A stretch of 64,000 nucleotides of DNA from Eledone cirrhosa (GCA_964016885.1 OZ024743.1:328848001-328912000); one strand, 5' to 3'. Shown: positions 49,173 to 63,454, numbered from the stretch's first letter. Notes: generated by a model from the letters alone, not told the origin. Translations and numbers: made by a program.

Positions 49173-49880
49173 AGCATTGTGGTATCACCGAAGACTGTGG
49201 CTTTGGATTAAAATGTAACTGATTTTTCCCTTCTCACAAATTGCTGGCCTCGTGCTTATGTTAGAAGCGATTATTTGCACTATAGTATCACCGAAGACTG
49301 TGCCTTTGGATTAGATTCGTTACATTTTTGACAAATACATACTTTTAATCCTCACCTTTCTCCCGGGGGTCTTCAATCATTGTAGTGGATCATATCGATA
49401 CAACTACTTCAGCCTGGCACTTATTTTTTTCTAAAGCTTAAATATTTCATTTAGTCCTGCACTTTATCGTCTGTACTACTCCGCCATCTTGCTGGGTTGT
49501 AACAATGGCTGACATCTTTCTCTCGCAATGATTGCAGCCAGTTAACAGAATATAGGAACAGAATAATAATAGAATAAATCACTTGTGAATGCTAAAGAAA
49601 TAGCTGTTGTTCTACCATACTCACACGTATTCTAACACTATCTTTTACAGACGACGGTGTAGTAATACGTTAACGAACACAGCTTTTCATGTAGAACTAT
49701 TTCCATATTAACAACAATTGATGCTTCAACATTGCTGGAAGAGAATATTTCTCAATAGTTTGACGAACGAGGAATAGTTCGACATGACTTAACGCAGACA
49801 TTTACAATGAATCACCAGAGACCATAACAAATCAGCAACGATCTAAACTAGAGATGTCAGCTTTATATCTAAATGATGTC

Positions 49881-49956
<76 letters not shown>

Positions 49957-50087
49957 GCATATACACACAAACACCTATATACATACATATGCATATATAG
50001 ATACACACATATGCACATACACATACCTATATATATATATACACATACACACACACACACATATATATATAGAGAGAGAGACTCCAG

Positions 50088-50187
<100 letters not shown>

Positions 50188-50797
50188 CTGACTGCAGACT
50201 ATATATATACTATAGACATTCCAGACAATACGGACAATATAGACGGAGACAAGACATGTGTAAAGTGTGAGATACTATAGAGTATATCAACTCTAGCTAG
50301 CCGGTCTCAACGAATGCTATTATTGTAACACATTTATTGGATTTCGTAGAAGTCATTTTAAAAACTGTTAAAAATATAAAAAGTAAAATACTGAAAATGG
50401 AATGGAATAAAAAAAAAAAAAAAGATGCAGCTCCGTCAGTTTCGACGATGAATATTCCAGCTATTTGATAAACGGAATAGCATATGCGTTAAATTAACGT
50501 CTAAGTGGCTGAGCATTCAACGAATACGTGCATCCTTAACGTAATTCTCAGGGAGATTCAGCGTGACACAGTATGTGACAGAGCTGGTCGATAAAATTAT
50601 AGGTATAGTATATCCGATGGGCTTCCAAATAGTTACCGTCTACGAATTTTACTCATAAGTCATGAGTCGACCAAAGGCTATGGTAAATGACATTTGTTCA
50701 AGGCGCCAGTTGGTGGGATCGAACCAAGGACCTAATGAATGCGATGCCAATTCCTTACTGCGCCCACAATGCTAACAATACTGTATTGTACATATCA

Positions 50798-51155
50798 GGT
50801 TAGCTTTCCCTTTCATCCTTACAGGGGTCGATAAAATAAAGTACCAGTAATGTACTGATGTCGATTTGATCGATTTTCCCCTCCACAAAAAATTCCTGGC
50901 CTTGTATCGAAATCAGAAACCATTATCTATATCATAGGGCGGTGGATTGGCAGGATCGGTAGAGGGTCGGACACCTAGGTTTGCACCGTGGAGTTATGGC
51001 CCTTTACGTTCTGAGTTCAAATCCCACCAAGGTTAGCTTTACCTTTCATCCTTACGAGGTTAATAAAATAAAGCGCCAGTTATGCACTGGTGTCGATTTA
51101 ATCAACTTTCCCCTCCCCCAAAATTGGTTGCCCTGTGCCTATAGTAGGAATCATT
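50798..51155 (+). mobile_element. Two SINE family 1 long-tail variants (50798-50925 partial; 50938-51155 full)
   Basis: Same head and body, with an extra GTCGATTT.ATC.A.TTTCCCCTCC segment before the tail. Confidence 0.8.
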
Positions 51156-51589
51156 TTCTATATCAAGCATGGACAACCATGTTCAAGTAGTGGGCCGCAT
51201 GGGATGTGACTCTACATAAGGCCGGCTACACTACTGAAACATTCAAGACAGTTTTGAAATTAGGCGCTTCAGAAAGTCAAACGGGCCTTACTTGATGTTG
51301 TTTTATGTCAGGAGGGAAGCGAATAGGGACTGGATTAATCTGGAGAATGGCGAGGGAGGTGTGTTGATAGCGGCAGTCACAGGCTCGTTCTTTCACCCTA
51401 ATGGGAGTAAGTAGGGAGGTGGTTTAAGGAGCCAGATGTTTCCACCACACATGGACATCTCCACTCTGATCACAGTAAATAAGGACCTGGTTTAGGGACC
51501 CTTCTTATTCGCCCACTTATTCCTGAGAAGGTCATAGGGGAAGAGTCCTCACACACTCCTTCCAGCGGGTCCTGACAGAAACAACCACC

Positions 51590-51785
51590 TTAAATTGACC
51601 CAGCAGGATCCCCAAGTTTAACCACCCAAGCTTATAGATGTTATCCAACCATCTTGCTCGGGGTCAACCCCTGTGCCTCCTGCTGGTTGGTTTTGCCTGT
51701 AAAATCTGTCCAGTGATTCTTTCCTGAGACATTCTAACCACATGTCCATTGTATCGGAGCTGTGACCCCTCAATGCTTCGTACGT
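51590..51785 (-). pseudogene. RTE-like LINE ORF C-terminal remnant
   Basis: Minus frame GHVVRMSQERITGQILQAKPTSRRHRG*PRARWLDNI matches the GH..RM...RGRPR.RW.D pattern. Confidence 0.6.
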
Positions 51786-52197
51786 TAACCAATGTTTCTT
51801 TAATGTTTAATAATTTAGTTGTGGTGGTGGAGGTGGAGGTGGTAGGGGTAATGCAGGGGACACTACTCAGAGTGAAAGAGGTTGGTGAGAGGAAGGGAGA
51901 GAAGGCATTGTTTAACAGGAAATCTGGGCCGAGAGCAACAATACGGTGTCTACTATTTCCTTTTTCTTCTTACTCTTGTCTATCTTTCTATTTCTTCTGT
52001 TATCACCGGTTCTATCTTCCGATGAAAGGCTAACGTACGACACGTTAACATCTATATCAAGCGTTAAACTAATTTATATCCCCATTTGTATTGTTCTCCG
52101 ACGTCGTTTTTCCTGGTTGGCTTTTCTCATACATACATACATACATGATGGCTGCCCCCTCGTTATCGAGTATGGCCATTGCACAATATAATATTAT

Positions 52198-52357
52198 TAA
52201 TAATTGTTTCTACTTTAGGCACAAGGCCAGCAAGTATCCAGTGCATTACTGGTACTTTATTTTATCGACCCCGTAAGGATGAAAGGCAAAGTCAACATCG
52301 GCGGGATTTGAACTCAGATCGTAAAGGGACGTAACTATGCTGGGAAGTATGGCGTCT
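52198..52357 (-). mobile_element. SINE family 1, 5'-truncated
   Basis: Reverse complement of tail, body and B-box. Confidence 0.88.
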
Positions 52358-52937
52358 AATAATGATCAATTAATTCTCTCGTGCAATGCCTGTGCGTGAA
52401 GATTTTTTTAAAGCGAGGAAGACTGTGCACTGAGCCAATCCCACTCTCTGAGCGACAGTAGCTATAACCCGAAAAGAAGAAAAGATCAACATCATCGGTA
52501 ACTACTGAGCCGCAGGCTTTATGTCGGTGTTATCCCAGTTTCCTGAGTTGCATTCTCCTAGAAGAACGCCCATACATACATACGCACAGACACACATACA
52601 CATACACACACATTGGATTCTACATAGTTTCCGTCAACCAATTTACATCCACAAGGCATTGGTCATTTTGAGGCTCTAGTTGAAAACACTAAACCAAAGT
52701 GCCACGCAGTGTGGCGGAAGCCTAGACCACGTGGTTTGCGAATGAAATTCCTTAACTACACACACAGGCATTCAGTCATATGTGGTCATTCATGGTTAAC
52801 CTAGGGCTAAATAACAATCAGAACACCCCCGCCCCCGCCCACAATTTTTATTTTATTTTGAATTTATATTTTTTATAAATTGAAACATTCTCATCCTCAA
52901 CTATTTCTTCCACTAAGGTCAACATTTTCGGAGTGTC

Positions 52938-54905
52938 ACGCCACCAACACCACTACCCCTACCACCACTACCGCTACCACTATCACTACCCCTACCACCA
53001 ACACCACAACTACCGATACCACCACCACTACTATCACAACTACATTACCGTCACTACCACCACCACCACTACCACTACCATCACCACCACCTCTACCACC
53101 ACCACCACCACTACGACCACCATAACTACCACCACTACCACCACCACCACCACTACGACCACCATAACTACCACCACCACCACCACTACCACTACTAACA
53201 CCACTACCACCACTACTACTACTACCACTACTACCGAAACCACCACCACCACCACCACCACCACAACTACCACCACCACTGCTACCACCACCACCACCAC
53301 AATTACCGCTACCTCTAACACTACCACCACAACTACCACCACCACCACCACTACCACCACAACTACCTCCACTACCATCACAACTACCACCACCACCACA
53401 ACTACCACTACCACCACCACCACTACTACAACTACCACCACTACTATCACTACCACCACAACTACCACGACCACTACAACTACCACTACCACTACCACCA
53501 CCACTAACACCACCACGACCACAACTACCACTACCACCAGAACTACTACTACCACCGCAACTACCACTACCATCACCACCACTACCACCACAACTACCAC
53601 CACCACTACAACTACCACCACCACTACAACTACCACTACCACCACCACTACCACCACAACTACCACCATAACTACCACCACAACTACCACTATCACCACC
53701 ACAACCACTACCACCACCACAACCACTATCACCACCACCACCATCATCACCATCACTGCCGCCACCACCACCAGTACTAAATACCACCACCCCTCACTAC
53801 CACCACCACCACCGCCACCACAATCACCACCACACCGCCACCACAATCACCACCACCACCGCCACCACCATCACCATCACCCTCTATTACCACCACCACC
53901 ACAACCACCACCACCACCGCCACCACCATCACCACCACCAGTACTAAGTACCAGCACCACAATTGCTGCCACCACCATCAACGCCACCTGTTGTGTCATC
54001 ACTGTGATGACATCATAATCTTCCTTGACCTTCATACATCTCCTTCCCTCACCCCTTTCACCCACCTACCACCTTTCCACTCCTCCGACCTCTACCCACA
54101 ACCCACCTACTTCTCCCAGTCCTCACCTATACACCCCTCACCACCATCGCCACTACCCCCCACTACCACAACCACCACCGCCACCACCACGACCACCACC
54201 ACCACCCCATCCACCCTCCATCGCCACCACCACCACTACCACCACCACAGTACCACCACCATTACCATCATCATCACCACCACCACCGCCACCACCATCA
54301 CCATCACCCTCTATTACCACCACCACCACCAACACTACCACCATCACCACCTTCACCATCACCACCACCACCACCACAACCACCACCACATCCACCCTCC
54401 ACCGCCACCACCACTACCACCACCACATCCACCCTCCACCGCCACCACCACTACCACCACCACCACCACCACATCCACCCTCCACCGCCACCACCACCAC
54501 CACCACCAGCACTACCACCATCACCACCTTCACCATCACCACCACCACCACCACAACCACCACCACATCCACCCTCCACCGCCACCACCACCACCACCAC
54601 CACCACCACCACCACCACCACATCCACCCTCCACCGCCACCACCACTACCACCACCACCACCACCACCACCACCACCACATCCACCCTCCACCGCCACCA
54701 CCACTACCACCACCACCACCACCACCACCACCACCACATCCACCCTCCACCGCCACCACCACTACCACCACCACATCCACCCTCCACCGCCACCACCACC
54801 ACCACATCCACCCGCTACCACCACATCCACCACCACCACCACCACATCCACCCTCCACCGCCACCACCACTACCACCACCACCACACCACCACCACCAAC
54901 ACACT
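52938..54905. repeat. ~2-kb (ACC/ACT)n low-complexity array
   Basis: Direct reading; recurring CACATCCACCCTCCACCG sub-units in the second half. Confidence 0.95.
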
Positions 54906-55501
54906 ACAGTCCGTCCCTTCTCTCACTCTCCCCAACGTCTCTCCCCCTATTTACTGTTACTGTGTGACGTCATTATGAACGCTGTCTGTAATTGTTGCTT
55001 TGGAAACACACACACATGCATATACACACTGACATACACATACATATATGCATCCTTACATGGATACACTGGCATACACACATACACAGAAAAACACACA
55101 AAAGACACACACACACACGCATATATATATATATATAACATATACATACACAGCTATGCACACATAAACATAGACATACATGACGACTGACACTAACGAA
55201 CACAGATTCAAATACACACATAGACGCTCACACATATACACTCATACTCAATCAGCAACACAGATCCATGCACAAGCGCACTCAGTTACACACACACAGT
55301 CACATACATAAATATGCACACGTATACAGCCACGCAGGCACATATCATATATATAATACAGAACTATGCATATATATGGTATAGGAACTGTACCCACGCA
55401 TGCATACATGTATACACACATACACACAAACTCGGTAAGTTAGACATGGCCTGAGCGAATACTACCCGAAACCTATCAAGTTATCGTATATATATACGAT
55501 A

Positions 55502-55660
55502 TTGGATTGGCAGTATTGGTAGAGGGTCGGACGCCATGCATTGCCTCAGAGTTACGTCCCTTTACGGACTGAGTTCAAATCCCTTACGGGGTTGATAAAA
55601 TAAAGTACCAGTAATGTACTGGGTAATTGCTGGCCTTGTGCCAAAAGTAGAAACGATTAT
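55502..55660 (+). mobile_element. SINE family 1 with internal deletion
   Basis: GAGTTCAAATCC joined directly to CTTACGGGG (deletion between two ATCC microhomologies). Confidence 0.85.
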
Positions 55661-55707
55661 ATATATATACATCGTAATATATATTATTACTATATATATA
55701 TTATTAC

Positions 55708-55741
<34 letters not shown>

Positions 55742-55756
55742 TCATTACCACTAACA

Positions 55757-55840
55757 GGTTCTGACGAGCCACGGATTAGAGTCGGGCTAGATCGATACAG
55801 ATCGTACTTTGAGCTGATCGGTGGCGAAACGCGCGTCACC
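55757..55840 (+). ncRNA. Hammerhead ribozyme with palindromic stem III
   Basis: GGTT-CTGACGA-GCCAC-(48 nt)-GTGGC-GAAA-CGCGCG-TC^ACC; stem I imperfect. Confidence 0.75.
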
Positions 55841-55880
55841 AACCAATAAACGTAATGAAGGAGTAACCACTCGTCGTTGT

Positions 55881-55949
<69 letters not shown>

Positions 55950-56316
55950 TGCCATGCTAAAATATTATAATGGATGTCACCCGGCTGTGCATCGATATAT
56001 ACATATGTTTCTGTATGTCTCTTCTGTTGGAAAGGAAGTCAAGTATGTAAACAATCATTGAAAAATTGCTCCGAAGACTTCAAACCTCGGTTTGGACGAA
56101 ACAGTTGTAAGCTAATAAATGGTTTGAACAGAACTTTGATTCATGTAATTTCTATATAACTGCTCTCTGTAGAACACCTGATGTTATTACATTGAGCTAT
56201 TTATCTTACTGGTAATAAGGTAGTAATAAATTACTGTCCTTCACTGTTTAGGGTTTAAAATATATATAACTATAAAAAGTTTTAGTATATACATAACCAT
56301 AAATAGTATCCTTAAT

Positions 56317-56394
<78 letters not shown>

Positions 56395-56589
56395 AGTGGA
56401 AGCTTAGTAAAATCGAAGCTTTGGCTGTGGCCAAGCTAACGACCTACAATTAGGAATGAGTAGCAAAGCACTCAATAAGGGTAGGCCTTAGAGTAATAAC
56501 AAACGTTTAGACAGTTTGACAAATTGAAATATATATATATATATAAGAAACAGAGCTTAGCGTTGTTTTTGAAAATTAACTTTGTTATC

Positions 56590-57230
56590 AGACCAGGATG
56601 TGCTTTGAAGGATGGTCTTAGACAGGGTGTCGTCACAGGGTACGTGACCATACCAGGCAAGATTCTGTCTTTTCGCCACTGCAAGAAGTAATTCCTGTTT
56701 GCCGTTTGCCGTATTTGTTGACATGCTGCCTCACAAAGCTGTTTGTTTTGTGCTCCGTGTATGGGATATGTAGCAGCCTTCTGAGGCACTCGTGTTCGAA
56801 TGCCTGTATTCTACGTTCCAAGTAAGAATCCAACTCTGATATTCATACAGAAGGATCGAAGTCAACAATGACTGAAAAAGTTGCTTCTCGATACGACGTT
56901 CAGTGTAGTCACAGCAGAAGAGGTGGGAGCTTGTGAGTATCTCTTTTGAGATCTGTCGTCTTTGGCCAGAGTGGACCCTAGGTACTTGAGAGTGTCCACT
57001 ACTTCAAGTCTTCTTCCGTTCTTTACTGAGCCGATCTTCATTCAATATGGTCCTGATACTTTTTCCTGCCTGGTGGTGATCTCTTGGAGGTTTGAAGCAC
57101 TGCTTCTTAATAGATCAGTATCATCAGCAAAGTGTAGGTAGGACATGGCTGGTTTTCTATGGAAACAAGAATGTGTCTTGCATAATGTTCTCCAGGAAGA
57201 TCTTGAAAAGCACTGCTAACCGAGAAACAT
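56590..57230 (-). pseudogene. Decayed RTE-clade LINE RT fragment
   Basis: LHFADD, LKYLGS, ERRIQAFEHECLRRLLHIPYTEHKTN. Confidence 0.8.
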
Positions 57231-57615
57231 CTACACTACTAATCTGACCTCTATCATAACTTCATCAACTTCAACGGTGTGTGGTACGAGGTTTTGTGGC
57301 AGGAGATGAAACATTACAATTCGCCAGCAACCATATTTAAATAATCCAAACACTATGAAACTTCAAACAATGCAATTTTCCTGCATAACATCGGAGAATT
57401 ATTCAATACTAGCTGGACTCGTGAAAAAATTAACGGATAATCCCCTCTCTCTATATTATGACCCCCTCTCTCTATATAATAAACCCCTTCTCTCTATATA
57501 TTATAACCATCCCTTTCTCTATATTATAAACCACTCTCTTTAAATATAGTATAACCCCTCTCTCTATATTATAAACCACTCTCTTTATATATATTATAAC
57601 CCCTCTCTCTCTGTA

Positions 57616-58087
57616 TCTAAACTATAATAAAGTAAGGAGCGCGGGACTGCCTGCGGTTTATAATTTTTTTTTATCCCATTAGTAAAATAAGTTGGATTAC
57701 TTTGAATAAATAATGAATGAATATTACATAATTTATCTACTAAATTTCGTGGCTGTTGGTTAAATATATATTGTTTATTTAAAGATTCACTTCTTTAAAA
57801 TTTCTGAAATATTAACACTTCCGGTTGGCCATCGCTAATTTTCTGTCACTAATTTTCTCCTAATGCAGTTTATATATAATATCGTCTTTTTTAATGTATC
57901 ATGGATTAGGTTACTGATTAAATAAGACAGTATAACGCAGTCTTCGTTCAATTTCTATGTATTATATATTGTCAATTACGATTTTATTTGACGTATCATA
58001 TCTACATCCATATATACCTGCGTATAATATCAGTATACACACTACACATGCTAACAGAAAACCAACCGAGGGGTGGTTTTCTGCTAG
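57616..58087 (+). mobile_element. Probable non-autonomous Helitron
   Basis: A|TCTAAACTATAATAAA 5' end; 3' hairpin CAGAAAACCA/TGGTTTTCTG and CTAG|T; no TSD; splits a TATTATAACCCCTCTCTC tandem array (57440-57612, 58090-58160). Confidence 0.7.
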
Positions 58088-58317
58088 TATATATAATACC
58101 CCATCCTTTTCTCTATATTATAACCCCCTTTCTCTAAATATATTATAATCCCCCTCTCTCTCCTTTCCAAACGTTGCAACGCTCTTTATTTTCTTTGGCC
58201 GTAGATTGTCGTAGATTGTTTACCACTCCACTTCCATTGCTTTACTGAAAGCGTGACACACACGGCTGGACGTACGTACGGTACGTAGGTATAAGCGTAT
58301 TAATATATAGATGTATA

Positions 58318-58513
58318 TAAGACCAGATGCTGAAATATTCCTGGCTTTAAGGGTATTACTAAAGGTTAGAGCTGTTACCTTTACAGGGGAAGTAGGACTG
58401 CTGCAATAAGTGTGTGAATCTGAGAGGGGAATATGTTGAATAAAATCATAATTAACTGATCCTCCTGTATTTTCTTTTACCCAAAGACAGGAACTTTTCA
58501 GCACACCCTCGTA
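58318..58513. mobile_element. Mariner-like MITE
   Basis: TIRs ...TGCTGAAATATTCCTGGCTTT / AAAGACAGGAACTTTTCAGCACACCCTCGTA; TA flanks. Confidence 0.65.
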
Positions 58514-58939
58514 TATATATATATATATATATACAAATAAAGATTCAGCGAGAATCGCATTTCGGCGGGCAGGAAATGTGAAGCGAAACGCAAAAATCAG
58601 AAATGATACTGGTAAAGTGCTCAATAGTTAAAAACCAGAGCTAAACAATGTGTTAAGAAGCCAAACAAAACTGAAAAGGTGGTCAAGAAGACATTAACCA
58701 CCCAAGCCAAAAACCAAATCAAGCTAAACAGGTCAAAACAAAATAAATGATAAAAAATAAATGATAACCAATAAATATATATATATATATAATAAGGGTT
58801 GACGGAGCCAGCATATTTATCAATGCCACTACCGGTTGTATCTCAGCGCACTCAATGGGCAATGTAAGATACATTACCAGAGTATACACATAGTTATTTG
58901 CCTCAACACAACACACGTAAAACAGGTGCCTATAAGGTT

Positions 58940-59049
58940 CCCGGACTCGAGTTTCTGCAACACTAATACAGCAGTAAGGTGCACTGCACCATCTGTCTGC
59001 ATATATTATGCAACAATGCACAATCGGCTTATGCTGCTTCATCAGCGGG
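58940..59049 (-). ncRNA. Hammerhead ribozyme with long stem II
   Basis: Reverse complement: CCCG-CTGATGA-A-GCAGCA...TGTTGC-A-GAAA-CTCGAG-TC^CGGG. Confidence 0.8.
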
Positions 59050-59459
59050 TATCGCCTAATCAATAACCAATCGATCGACATAATCCAAACACCGGCCCGC
59101 GCCGGTCATCACTGTTTGTGATAACCGACACGGTAACGCGATTAGCAACTGGCAACCGATAGGACTCTATCTCTCAACTAGCCACTGATTTATAAATTTT
59201 ACGTGGGGACGGGAAGCTAAAAAGAATCAATCTATTAGTTCCTGTCAGAAGCCCTCAGCCAACGTGTCTCACACAAATTATCAAGGGGTGAAAAGATAGC
59301 TATTAGAAATAGCAGTTCACATTGATATAAAATAGAATGGTAGCATTCGGTTCATGTCTCCAAGCCCCATGGCTAGAGGAAAGCGATGGTAACAATGGTA
59401 GTGCCAAGAACCTTTAATGGACATTAAATGCGATCATCCATTATATACCAATATATAAG

Positions 59460-59650
59460 GGCGGTGGATTGGCAGTATCGATAGAGAGTCGGACACCATG
59501 CTTTGAAGCGTAGAGATACGTCCCTTTATGGTCTGAGTTCAAATCCCGCCGAGGTTAACTTTGCCTTTCATCCTTACGAGGTCGATAAAATAAAGTACCA
59601 GTAATGTAGTGAGTAATTGGTGGCCTTGTGCCTAAAATAGAAACAATTAT
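59460..59650 (+). mobile_element. Full-length SINE family 1
   Basis: Complete copy; TSD ATTATATACCAATATA. Confidence 0.92.
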
Positions 59651-59709
59651 ATACCAATATAGTAGCGAGCTGAAATGTGTCAGCCACGTGCGTAGATAAC
59701 CAGTCTAAT

Positions 59710-59754
<45 letters not shown>

Positions 59755-59907
59755 ATACATATATGTATATATATATATATAAGTATGTTTTGAAACAGTG
59801 AGCAGGTTTGAAATAGAATAGCTTTTACCGTATTTTTTACTAAAGAATTTTTATTCTGATAATGGGGTTTAGAACCCTCAGATAAATGGAAAAAGATGAG
59901 TATTGAT

Positions 59908-59954
<47 letters not shown>

Positions 59955-60504
59955 AATATGGGTGAGAAGAATACTGCTGGTTGCACATGGATAACATGTT
60001 ATAAAATGAGTCCTTCATCAGTGATTTACCAAACGATCATGGGTATTTCATCACATTAAAAATCATATACCTCACGTTGGAGCGATAATAACTAAAATAA
60101 GTTATTAGGACAATAGAAACGCGTAAAACGAGTGAGACAAGTAAACAACACAGGGGGAAGCTAACCGAAGATGGAAATAAACACAAGCAACATAGTTATT
60201 CTTTCAGCATAAGCTGTGTGAATATATGAGCGAGTCAGAAAACAGACCTTTCGCTAGTGAATCCGGTGTTAGAAAGAAGGAAGGAAAACCGTTTTCACAG
60301 CGAACGGGAGGAAGAAAGAAGGGGAGAAACAGGGACTGAGTGAGTAGGAGTGCGAGGAAGAGGTCAGTAGAGAGAAAGTGTTAACTGACATGGCAGAGGG
60401 GACGAAAGAAAGTAAGAGAAACAGAGAGAACGAGGGAGCAGTAAGAGAGAAAGAGAGAAACAGAATATATATATATATATATATATATGCGTATATATAT
60501 GTAA

Positions 60505-60684
<180 letters not shown>

Positions 60685-60714
60685 CTGTGTATGTATATAT
60701 ATATATATAGTACA

Positions 60715-60958
60715 AATAAAGTTTCATAAACTAAACATTTGTGTGCGACCATAAGATTCGGGGTCTACTGATGGCCACCCCTGTATAGTTAAGCAGGCTC
60801 TTCCAGCCTGGACCCTCATCAGGTACGCAGACGCATTTTTGTCTGCGTGCCCGATAAGGGGCCAGGCTGGAAGAGCTTGCTCCACTATACAGTGGTGGCC
60901 ATCAGTAGACCCCAAATCTAATGGTCGCACATAAATGTTAAGTGTATGAAACTTTATT
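60715..60958. mobile_element. ~245-bp imperfect palindrome with decayed hammerheads in both arms
   Basis: Minus arm: GTAC-CTGATGA-GGGTC...GACCCC-GAAT-CTTATGG-TC-GCAC. Plus arm: GTGC-CCGATAA-GGGGCC...GACCCC-AAAT-CTAATGG-TC-GCAC. Confidence 0.8.
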
Positions 60959-61037
60959 GATATTAAATAAGCTCTCATGCAATAGATTGAGCATTGTTTT
61001 ACTTAACCTGTTATCTACGGATATACTCCACACACAC

Positions 61038-61092
<55 letters not shown>

Positions 61093-61104
61093 CTCTCTCT
61101 CTCA

Positions 61105-61163
<59 letters not shown>

Positions 61164-61172
61164 ATATATATA

Positions 61173-62129
61173 TATCAAAATAAAGATCCGAAGGCATGGT
61201 ATAAAATTCCAATCATTTAAATCCCGACACATGTTTCAATAAGAGATAGATCGATCGTGTGGCCATGATCGATTATCACTGATCTCGTCAGAGGTGAAAA
61301 TGAATTGTCTTCAAATCCTTGATATGAGGGAGAAAATTTAACGATGTTCACTCACAGAGTTTTGTCCCCCATATGAAGATTAAGCAGCCAAAACACGGCG
61401 ACTGTGTGACCTTTTGTGACCTACATGACGGTTGCTTGCACGCACAGATTTGGGGACTCAGATTCTCAATGGGACAACGGCACATACAGAGTTCGATATG
61501 AGCTGACTACTTGCTCTTCACATGGATGTGTATATACCAAAACATACACTATTTAAAATTCAATCGATACACGTATAGCAGAACATTGAACTAAATTTAC
61601 TTGCGTGTGTATAGTGTTGCGGTTGACCCAATTTTTCCAATTTACATCGTCAAATTGAGATTTGACCAATATAACATTTGTTGTTTTGTAAACTAACTTT
61701 CGGTGAATACTATGTTGGTATATATTTTTTTTTCTTCGACCTCGCATCGGTGTGTGTGTGTGAGTGTGTACTCACTCACACTAACTGTGACCGACTGTAA
61801 TTCTACAGATTTGATGTTGAGATTAGACCCGTCCAGCGTCTTTTACAGCTATTGAGAGATAGAGACTTGATAGTTTTATAACCCTAACTGAAGACGATAG
61901 CAGTCGGCGTGTTTTGGCTGCTTGATCTTCATATGAGGGACAAAACTCTGTGAGTGAACATCGTTAAATTTTCTCCCTCATATCAAGGATTTGAAGACAA
62001 TTCATTTTCACCTGACGAGACAGTGATAATCGATCATGGCCACACGATCGATCTATCTCTTATTGAAACATATGTCGTAATTAAAATGATTGGAATTTTA
62101 TGCCATGCCTTCGGATTTTTATTTTGATA
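61173..62129. mobile_element. ~230-bp inverted repeats (61173-61404 / 61901-62129) with hammerheads, ~500-bp spacer
   Basis: Plus arm: AC-CTGACGA(62012)...GAAA(62065)-CATATG-TC-GT. Mirror on the minus arm: CTGACGA...GAAA-CATGTG-TC. Confidence 0.85.
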
Positions 62130-62266
62130 CAAATACTCCGTTTAACATCATCTAGCTGTTCCCATAAATGGAATTGGAGATAGACAAAAGCGTGGAGAAT
62201 TTAATATTGGTAACAAAAATTTATTGGACCGTATGACACAACCAATAATACACCTTACTATATAAC

Positions 62267-62320
<54 letters not shown>

Positions 62321-62805
62321 TAAAGAAACGAAAAATCAGTGATGCATCTGGACTCAATTTATTGCGTGTTACAATTGTTTGGCCGGCATGTAGCTCGAGA
62401 CATGTCCCTGTGTGGATCTGACTGATTCTACGGCTGCAGGTTCCTTCAGACACGGGTAGTTCGTTCGGAGCAAACTTTATCACTTTATCACTGGGGTGTT
62501 ATCATAAAAAAACACCCTCAAAAAACCTCTTCCACTCTTGTCATGCCATTGGCTGTTGCTACTCCACGTCATCTTAATTTCTGGTCACTATTTACCGCCA
62601 CACGGGTCATCAGCCATTTTCCGTCCGACACACTTCAATGGAGTCATGCTGGGTTCAGTATCTCACACGTCTGTTCACACTCCAGAGCAAGCACCCACAC
62701 ACACATATACACACAGGCAGAAACAGACACATGCGTACATATACACACGCACACATGCGTAGACCCCCCCCCCCCCATATATATATATTGCTCTATCTAT
62801 CATAT

Positions 62806-62995
62806 AATTATTTCTACTTTTGGCACAAGGCCAGCAATTATCTCAGTACATTACTGGTACTTCATTTTATCGACCCCGTAAGGATGAAAGGCAAAGATAA
62901 CCTCGGCGGGAATTGAACTCAAACCATAAAGGGCCGTAACTCTTTGCTGCAAAGCATGGCGTCCGACCCTCTACCGATACTGCCAATCCACCGCC
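62806..62995 (-). mobile_element. Full-length SINE family 1
   Basis: Complete reverse copy; TSD TCTATCATATAATT. Confidence 0.92.
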
Positions 62996-63346
62996 CTCTA
63001 TCATATAATTGTAACCCCATCTATGTTATATTCTCAGCCTTATTCTTAAAGTAGTTTATCTCCTTCCTACTGATATAGTTCAGTCATTGAAACTTTGTAG
63101 TCACTTAACCTTTATTTTAATTATAGATATATTTATTACTGTTTTATGCTTCCATAAATTTTAGCGCCCATTTAGTATATTCTAATATTTTTATAACTTC
63201 ATTTACTGAGTTATAATAGACATCATAATTTCCCATTAGTATAAATGTAGCTCTATTTTAGTGTGTTATCTATCAGAAAGATATATTATAGTCTGTCACA
63301 CACACACACGCACGCACACACACACACGCACGCACACACACACACG

Positions 63347-63454
<108 letters not shown>

